The notes under the pieces are model-generated. The model was not told where the DNA came from. It searched no databases and worked only from the letters and a program-made list of their open reading frames with translations. 32,000 nt of DNA, taken from the NCBI RefSeq assembly GCF_001049895.1, contig NZ_CVPE01000006.1, forward strand, positions 374,957 to 406,956. The letters are read 5' to 3'. Source of the DNA: Rubeoparvulum massiliense. GTDB lineage: Bacteria; Bacillota; Bacilli; Rubeoparvulales; Rubeoparvulaceae. A program made the position numbers and the translations under genes. Positions 27,063 through 32,000 of the stretch are shown one piece after another; position 1 is the first letter of the stretch; each line of letters starts with the position of its first letter.

Positions 27063-27123
27063 AAATTACCACTACATTCCCCCGACCTCCCCCTTTATCA
27101 TGAAAGGTAAAGGGGGAGGAATT

Positions 27124-28731
27124 ATGAATTGGAGAAGAAAAAGAGAACAGATACATAAGATCTTGATCATCATAACAATCTGTATCACACTAACACCGCT
27201 ATTCAGCACTCCACAATGGATTCATGCATCCACTGAAACTGCTGATATGGTAACGATGATCTATTTATATGGTGGAAGTACCCAGCAATATATCCAACAA
27301 ATTGAAGCGACACAAGGTACTGTGAACCAAGTCTTACCCAATTATTTTTCCATCGAATCAGGAGGAAAGGTAGTTGCTACCATCGACCCTTCCTTTGTCA
27401 CAATGATGCATCAACGAGGAATAAAGGTGATTCCGTATGTGAGCAATCATTGGAGCCAAGAGAATGGTAGATTCGCTTTTCAAAACTGGCAAGAGACTGC
27501 TAGAGTCATTGCTGATCATGTGCTTCAATATGATCTTGATGGGGTCAATATCGATATTGAGAATCTACGTAAAGAAGATGCACAGAATCAAAATCTCTTC
27601 TTAGCAGAACTATCCAAATTGCTAAAGCCTCATCATAAACAGCTCTCCATTGCAGTAGCGGCAGCAACCAAAGCCAATCCCACAGGATGGCAAGGCCAAT
27701 ATGACTATGCTACCATCGGTTCAATCGTCGACTATGTGGTGATCATGGCTTATGACTATCATTATGAAGGTGGTGCACCTGGACCGGTAGCACCACTTCC
27801 CTGGGTAAAGGATTCGATCCACTATCTCAGCTCACAGATTCCCCATGAGAAGCTCGTACTTTCTCTACCATTCTATGGACGGAAGTGGGTAGACTTACAA
27901 GGTGGTCGTGGTATTGGTAATCTCGCTGTACAATCCTTAATTAAAAGCAAAGGGCTCACCCCTTCCTGGGATGAGCAGGCTGCAACACCATTCCTCAACT
28001 ACCAAGATGGGGAGCAACTTGTCCAGATCTGGTATGAGAATGAACAATCCCTACAAGCGAAGCTAGATGCGGTTATGGATGCAGACTTAGCAGGTATTGC
28101 AGCTTGGCGATTAGGGCTTGAGGACCCGACCTTCTGGACACAGCTTCAGCAATTTCAGGCTCAAGCTAACGGATTAGTTGATATCAATGGACATTGGGCT
28201 GAAGCTGGGATATCGTCGATTACAAAAGCAGAAATCATGGAAGGGTATCCTGATCATCGTTTTCAACCGGATCGACCTTTAACAAGAGCTGAAGCAGTTA
28301 CTTTATTTCAACGCCTTACTCAACAGAATATCCAAGAGAGTACTAAAAACCTGGTCAGAACCAATTCCTATGGAACGTTTAAGGATCTCTCCACTTCACA
28401 TTGGGCGTATGAGCAAGTAATGTGGGCGCTCGCAACAAACCTTGTAATTGGCTACGAGGATGGATCCTTCCAACCGGATCAAGCTTTGACTCGTGCAGAA
28501 TTCGCTGCTCTATTTGCACGGTTTCAGGGGAAAGATGAAGATTCCTTATTGATACAGGATCTACCTTATGGAGACTGCTTTCAACATTGGGCTCTTCCCT
28601 TTCTTAGCTATACTCAAAGTTTAGGGCTTATCCATGGATTTCCTGATGGCAATTTTCATCCTGATCAACCGATTTCCCGTGCTGAAGTGGCGACGATTCT
28701 AACTCGCTATTACATTGAGAATCCTGCTTAA
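27124..28731 (+). CDS. glycoside hydrolase family 18 protein with three C-terminal SLH domains
   Basis: ORF 26869..28731. The real start is the ATG at 27124 (MNWRRKREQIHKILIIITICITL, signal/anchor), after GGGGGAGGA. Catalytic motif LDGVNIDIE (DxxDxDxE). Three SLH repeats (HWA..., F.PD..LTRAE...). Confidence 0.87.
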   Translation: MNWRRKREQIHKILIIITICITLTPLFSTPQWIHASTETADMVTMIYLYGGSTQQYIQQIEATQGTVNQVLPNYFSIESGGKVVATIDPSFVTMMHQRGIKVIPYVSNHWSQENGRFAFQNWQETARVIADHVLQYDLDGVNIDIENLRKEDAQNQNLFLAELSKLLKPHHKQLSIAVAAATKANPTGWQGQYDYATIGSIVDYVVIMAYDYHYEGGAPGPVAPLPWVKDSIHYLSSQIPHEKLVLSLPFYGRKWVDLQGGRGIGNLAVQSLIKSKGLTPSWDEQAATPFLNYQDGEQLVQIWYENEQSLQAKLDAVMDADLAGIAAWRLGLEDPTFWTQLQQFQAQANGLVDINGHWAEAGISSITKAEIMEGYPDHRFQPDRPLTRAEAVTLFQRLTQQNIQESTKNLVRTNSYGTFKDLSTSHWAYEQVMWALATNLVIGYEDGSFQPDQALTRAEFAALFARFQGKDEDSLLIQDLPYGDCFQHWALPFLSYTQSLGLIHGFPDGNFHPDQPISRAEVATILTRYYIENPA

Positions 28732-29881
28732 ATTTACTCTCTCCATCGGCGAGTAGGATGTGAGCTACCTCTGGACGAGAAAAGGTTTGGGGTAGCTCCT
28801 TTTTTTCCTTTAGCAGTTGGCGAACAGCAGTTCCTGATAATATGTGATGATGGCGAGAGTCATGGGGACAGGTCTTTGAAGTGGCCATTTGCCCACAGCT
28901 TTGACAAAAGAAACTGGCTTCAAAGCAAAGAGGGATAATCCCCAGCTCTTTTTCATATTCTTGGAGCAAGCGATGGGCAGCATAGGGATCATAATAATCA
29001 CCAACACCAGCATGGTCACGTCCTACAATCAAATGGGTGCAGCCATAGTTTTTTCGAGCTAGTGCGTGGAGCATCGCTTCACGGGGCCCTGCATAATGCA
29101 TATTGGCAGGAAAGAGAGAGAGAATGATACGCTCCTGTGGAAAGTAGTGCTCCACCATGGTTTCATAGCATTTCATGCGAATGGAGGCAGGTAGATCATC
29201 CGCTTTCGTCTCTCCAACAAGGGGATGAAGAAGTAATCCATCCACTGATTCTAATGCTACCTTCATCAGATATTCATGAGCACGATGAATAGGATTACGT
29301 GTTTGGAAGGCAACCATCGTTCGCCAATTTCGTTCCGCTTTCATCTCCTGAATCTCTGAAGGTGTGAAGTGATAGCCTGAAAAAGCATGTAGCATAGGCC
29401 GCCTTAATAATATGATGGATCCACCAATGTACAGCTCTGGCTGCTGGAAAAGTCTTTTTACACCAGGATGCTTCACATCAGTAGTGCCGTAGACTCGTTC
29501 CGCCTCACGCATTTTATTGGGGCGGTATTTTTCTTCTAATTGAAGAATAGCATAGACCTTCCCATTTTCATCAGCAATGGCGATGGGCTCTCCCACTTCT
29601 AGCCATTCGCCTAGCTCTGTAGTAATAGGCAATGTGATCGGAATCGGCCAGAGCTGACCATCTGCTAAACGCAGTTCCTCCACAACGGATTCGTAATCTT
29701 GTTGGTTCAAAAACCCAGTTAAGGGAGAGAATACGCCGGTTGCAATACACTCTAGCTCAACGAGCGTCCACCGCTTGACACGAAGCATCTTAAGATATGG
29801 AACCTGTTGATACCAATGCCATTGCTCCTCCTTTGATGCAATCCAATTACTCAATAAGTGCTTACCTCCTTTCCTAACCAT
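28628..29881 (-). CDS. sat: sulfate adenylyltransferase (ATP sulfurylase)
   Basis: ORF 28628..30025. FQTRNPIHRAHE and HLIVGRDHAG motifs. Start is either the ATG at 29881, overlapping the cysH stop by 8 nt (ATGGTTAG), or the TTG at 29854, 10 nt after AGGAGG. The C-terminus is longer than the B. subtilis Sat tail as I recall it. Confidence 0.88.
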   Translation of the reverse strand: MVRKGGKHLLSNWIASKEEQWHWYQQVPYLKMLRVKRWTLVELECIATGVFSPLTGFLNQQDYESVVEELRLADGQLWPIPITLPITTELGEWLEVGEPIAIADENGKVYAILQLEEKYRPNKMREAERVYGTTDVKHPGVKRLFQQPELYIGGSIILLRRPMLHAFSGYHFTPSEIQEMKAERNWRTMVAFQTRNPIHRAHEYLMKVALESVDGLLLHPLVGETKADDLPASIRMKCYETMVEHYFPQERIILSLFPANMHYAGPREAMLHALARKNYGCTHLIVGRDHAGVGDYYDPYAAHRLLQEYEKELGIIPLCFEASFFCQSCGQMATSKTCPHDSRHHHILSGTAVRQLLKEKKELPQTFSRPEVAHILLADGESKFKQDSQCNSELESSPLQHGKSVDQDENCHQEIHG

Positions 29882-30569
29882 GACCGTGTAACCCACATTC
29901 CGTCTTCTCATAGCCTGACCAGCGCCCTGCACGCAGATCCTCTCCTGCCTTAACTGGCCTAGTACAAAAAGAACAACCGATGCTAGGATAACCTTGGTCA
30001 TGTAGCTGATGATATGGTAGGTCATGTTCTTTAATGTAGTTCCATAGTTGTGTTGTACTCCAGTCTGCCAATGGGTTTAACTTTACAAGCTGGAAGTTAG
30101 CATCCCACTCGATCTTCTTCGCATGACGTCGCGTCGGCGCTTGCTCACGTCGAATCCCTGTTATCCATGCTTTTTGATCAGCCAAATAGTTGCGCAGGGG
30201 TATTACCTTCCGTAGTGTACAGCATAGATTGGGATCATGTTCCCATAAGCGCTCACCATACTGTAACGCCTGTTCCTCCAAAGAGAGGGTAGAGGATAGG
30301 GTGATTAAAGAACGCCCAAGTCTTTCTTCCCATGCTTTTTTTAACACATGTGTCTCTTGAAAATGTAAACCTGTATCGAGGAAGAATATCGGAATCGTGG
30401 CTTCTAGTTGTGCGAGCATATGTAGAATCACCACATCCTCAGCGCCGAGACTATTCGCGCAGACTAAACCATCCTTAAAATGCTCCAATCCCCATTGAAT
30501 AACCTCTTCAGCGAGGAACTCTTCTACCCCCTTCTCGATGAGTTGATCAAACATAACCTCAGACATCAT
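29874..30569 (-). CDS. cysH: thioredoxin-dependent adenylyl-/phosphoadenylyl-sulfate reductase (Fe-S type CysH)
   Basis: ORF 29874..30587. ATG at 30569 lies 6 nt after AAAGGAGAG. C-terminal ECGLH motif. The cysteine pairs CC (NLCCTLRK) and CxxC (GCSFCT) are characteristic of the Fe-S cluster APS-reductase subtype. Confidence 0.92.
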   Translation of the reverse strand: MMSEVMFDQLIEKGVEEFLAEEVIQWGLEHFKDGLVCANSLGAEDVVILHMLAQLEATIPIFFLDTGLHFQETHVLKKAWEERLGRSLITLSSTLSLEEQALQYGERLWEHDPNLCCTLRKVIPLRNYLADQKAWITGIRREQAPTRRHAKKIEWDANFQLVKLNPLADWSTTQLWNYIKEHDLPYHQLHDQGYPSIGCSFCTRPVKAGEDLRAGRWSGYEKTECGLHGHG

Positions 30570-30647
30570 GAGACTCTCTCCTTTCATTCAATACACTCTA
30601 TGCAAGCTAGGCACTTGTGGTCACCAGATTCCAGTTAACAGAAATAA

Positions 30648-30677
30648 GCAAAATAAAAAAGCTGCTTAAAGCAGCTT
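30648..30677 (-). terminator. rho-independent terminator after the lipid kinase gene
   Basis: Minus strand: aagctgc-tttaa-gcagctt followed by TTTTTATTTTG. Confidence 0.6.
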
Positions 30678-30716
30678 GTAAAATCAACTAAAAAATGCTT
30701 CATTGAATCAATTAAA

Positions 30717-31664
30717 TCAGTTCAATGTCATTGAAACTCTCTCTTCTTCATGCTGATGGAATGCATAAGCAAGTGATCGAGGACGTACCACTGTTAAAGC
30801 ATTGCTTATACACTGGATATGAACAGCCTTACCATGTTTCACTTCACCATCGAGATGAAATACTTGCTCTTCAACTGATCGAATGTTGATAAGCTTACCG
30901 CGTAGATGGGAGACATAGGCAGTCAACTCAGTATGGGTTCCTTTATACACCTTGGGAAAAAAGAAGAGTAATTTCCATCTGGGGAGATCATGAATGATAC
31001 AGAGATCTAACTCCCCATCATTAACCCGTGCTTGCGGGTTGATCATCATGCCACCACCCATAAAGGGATGATTGGAGACCGAGATGAACCAAGCATTGTG
31101 AATACGCACCTTTCTACCATCGATCTCGATTTCATACTCTCCTGGATGATATTTATAAATCGCCTGAAAAACTGCGATCAAATAAGAAAAGCGCCGTAAC
31201 CATTTCTTCCATGGGGCACGATTAGCACACTGAACCACATAAGCATCGAAGCCCATCCCAAGCATGGAAGCAAAATGTCCTTGATCAGATAGACCAATAT
31301 CAATCTTCTCCTCAAATGGATCATGGAGTAGTCCATCGATTAACCGCAATGGTTGATGATTGACACCAAGACCACGGGCAAAATCATTCCCTGAGCCTGC
31401 GGGGATCACAGCGAGAGGAATCGTGTATCCTGCACTGGCGATGGTCTCTACCACCTCCTGAATCGTTCCATCTCCCCCTAGAATCACAAGTAACTGAGCC
31501 TGTTGGCTCACAGCCTCGTGAACCAACTCCACCGTATGCTTAGGATATTGGGAAATTCCGTAGGAATAGGGGATCTTCTCATCCTGCAAATAGTGCTCAA
31601 GCTCTTGCCATACTCGGATACCTCTACGTCCTCCTGAGATGGGATTGATGATAAAGTAGATCAT
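30717..31664 (-). CDS. diacylglycerol kinase family lipid kinase (YegS/BmrU/DagK type)
   Basis: ORF 30717..31709. ATG at 31664 (MIYFIINPISGGRRG) follows GAGAGGAG. GGDGT motif present. Confidence 0.87.
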   Translation of the reverse strand: MIYFIINPISGGRRGIRVWQELEHYLQDEKIPYSYGISQYPKHTVELVHEAVSQQAQLLVILGGDGTIQEVVETIASAGYTIPLAVIPAGSGNDFARGLGVNHQPLRLIDGLLHDPFEEKIDIGLSDQGHFASMLGMGFDAYVVQCANRAPWKKWLRRFSYLIAVFQAIYKYHPGEYEIEIDGRKVRIHNAWFISVSNHPFMGGGMMINPQARVNDGELDLCIIHDLPRWKLLFFFPKVYKGTHTELTAYVSHLRGKLINIRSVEEQVFHLDGEVKHGKAVHIQCISNALTVVRPRSLAYAFHQHEEERVSMTLN

Positions 31665-31717
31665 CTTGGTGTACTCCTCTCGTTTGCACAGCCTCTGAAT
31701 AAGCTCCAAGGGGAAAA

Positions 31718-32000
31718 TTACCGCGTTTGAATGAAGGAATCATCCAATCCTTCAAATTCTTCATCCTCAATCAAACGAATTGAGGCACCTAACTGCTGAA
31801 AGGTTGGAATAATCTCTGCATATCCTCGTTCAATGTGCTCGACGCCGAAGATGCGAGATGTTCCCTCTGCCATACAGGCAGCGATCATAAAGAGCATGCC
31901 CCCTCGTAAATCATAGGCTGTCACATCCCCACCTGTGAGAGGATGCCCACCCTGAATATACGCAGTTCCATTACGATGTAATACCTTTGCTCCCATATTT
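31718..32000 (-). CDS. murA: UDP-N-acetylglucosamine 1-carboxyvinyltransferase, C-terminal part (gene continues beyond the window)
   Basis: The C-terminal sequence ...AYDLRGGMLFMIAACMAEGTSRIFGVEHIERGYAEIIPTFQQLGASI matches MurA-family ends. The reading frame stays open to base 32000. Confidence 0.87.
   Translation of the reverse strand, partial: NMGAKVLHRNGTAYIQGGHPLTGGDVTAYDLRGGMLFMIAACMAEGTSRIFGVEHIERGYAEIIPTFQQLGASIRLIEDEEFEGLDDSFIQTR

Noticed and set aside
26869-27123. N-terminal 85-codon extension of the 620-aa ORF, overlapping the 3' end of the GerA-family gene
   Set aside because: The extension has no SD and lies out of frame inside a well-supported membrane domain. A strong SD (GGGGGAGGA), ATG and signal/anchor sequence occur at 27124, which is the sensible start.
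28810-30025. Upstream extension of the sat ORF to 30025 (overlapping cysH) and the internal 69-aa ORF 28810..29019
   Set aside because: The extension is out of frame within cysH and is hydrophobic nonsense. Homology to Sat begins near 29881/29854. The internal ORF is a shadow frame.

Overview
This 32 kb chromosomal segment comes from an endospore-forming Firmicute of Bacillales type. The markers are a Spo0E-like phosphatase, a GerA/SpoVAF-family protein, an SLH-anchored GH18 hydrolase and a Leu T-box in front of leuS. No rRNA, tRNA or CRISPR array was seen. Most of the window is housekeeping: ppaC, a ygjP-like hydrolase, exoA, dedA, leuS, an ABC-2 exporter pair, dapF, speD, cysH-sat, a lipid kinase and the 3' end of murA. 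Three parts look accessory or unusual. (1) About 5.3-11.7 kb is a visibly AT-richer block. It holds a DJ-1/PfpI gene, a decayed IS21-type transposase fragment, about 700 bp of ORF-free debris, proline dehydrogenase, an MFS pump and three small membrane-protein genes. (2) A tandem pair of paralogous MFS transporter genes follows, each preceded by a GAACAGG-type hairpin and a CAACnGTTG palindrome. The pair sits behind a roughly 430 nt ORF-poor, hairpin-rich leader with a 12-codon uORF. (3) A two-gene cassette lies between dapF and speD. It encodes a minimal secreted metzincin (HEFGHALGLDH plus Met-turn) and then a lipoprotein whose sequence, by eye, resembles the N-terminal OB-fold of TIMPs. I rank this last cassette as the best candidate for an undescribed system, a bacterial protease with a tethered cognate inhibitor. 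That call rests on recalled sequence motifs and needs profile and structure searches. All family calls come from motif recognition and ORF context only; no database search was run.
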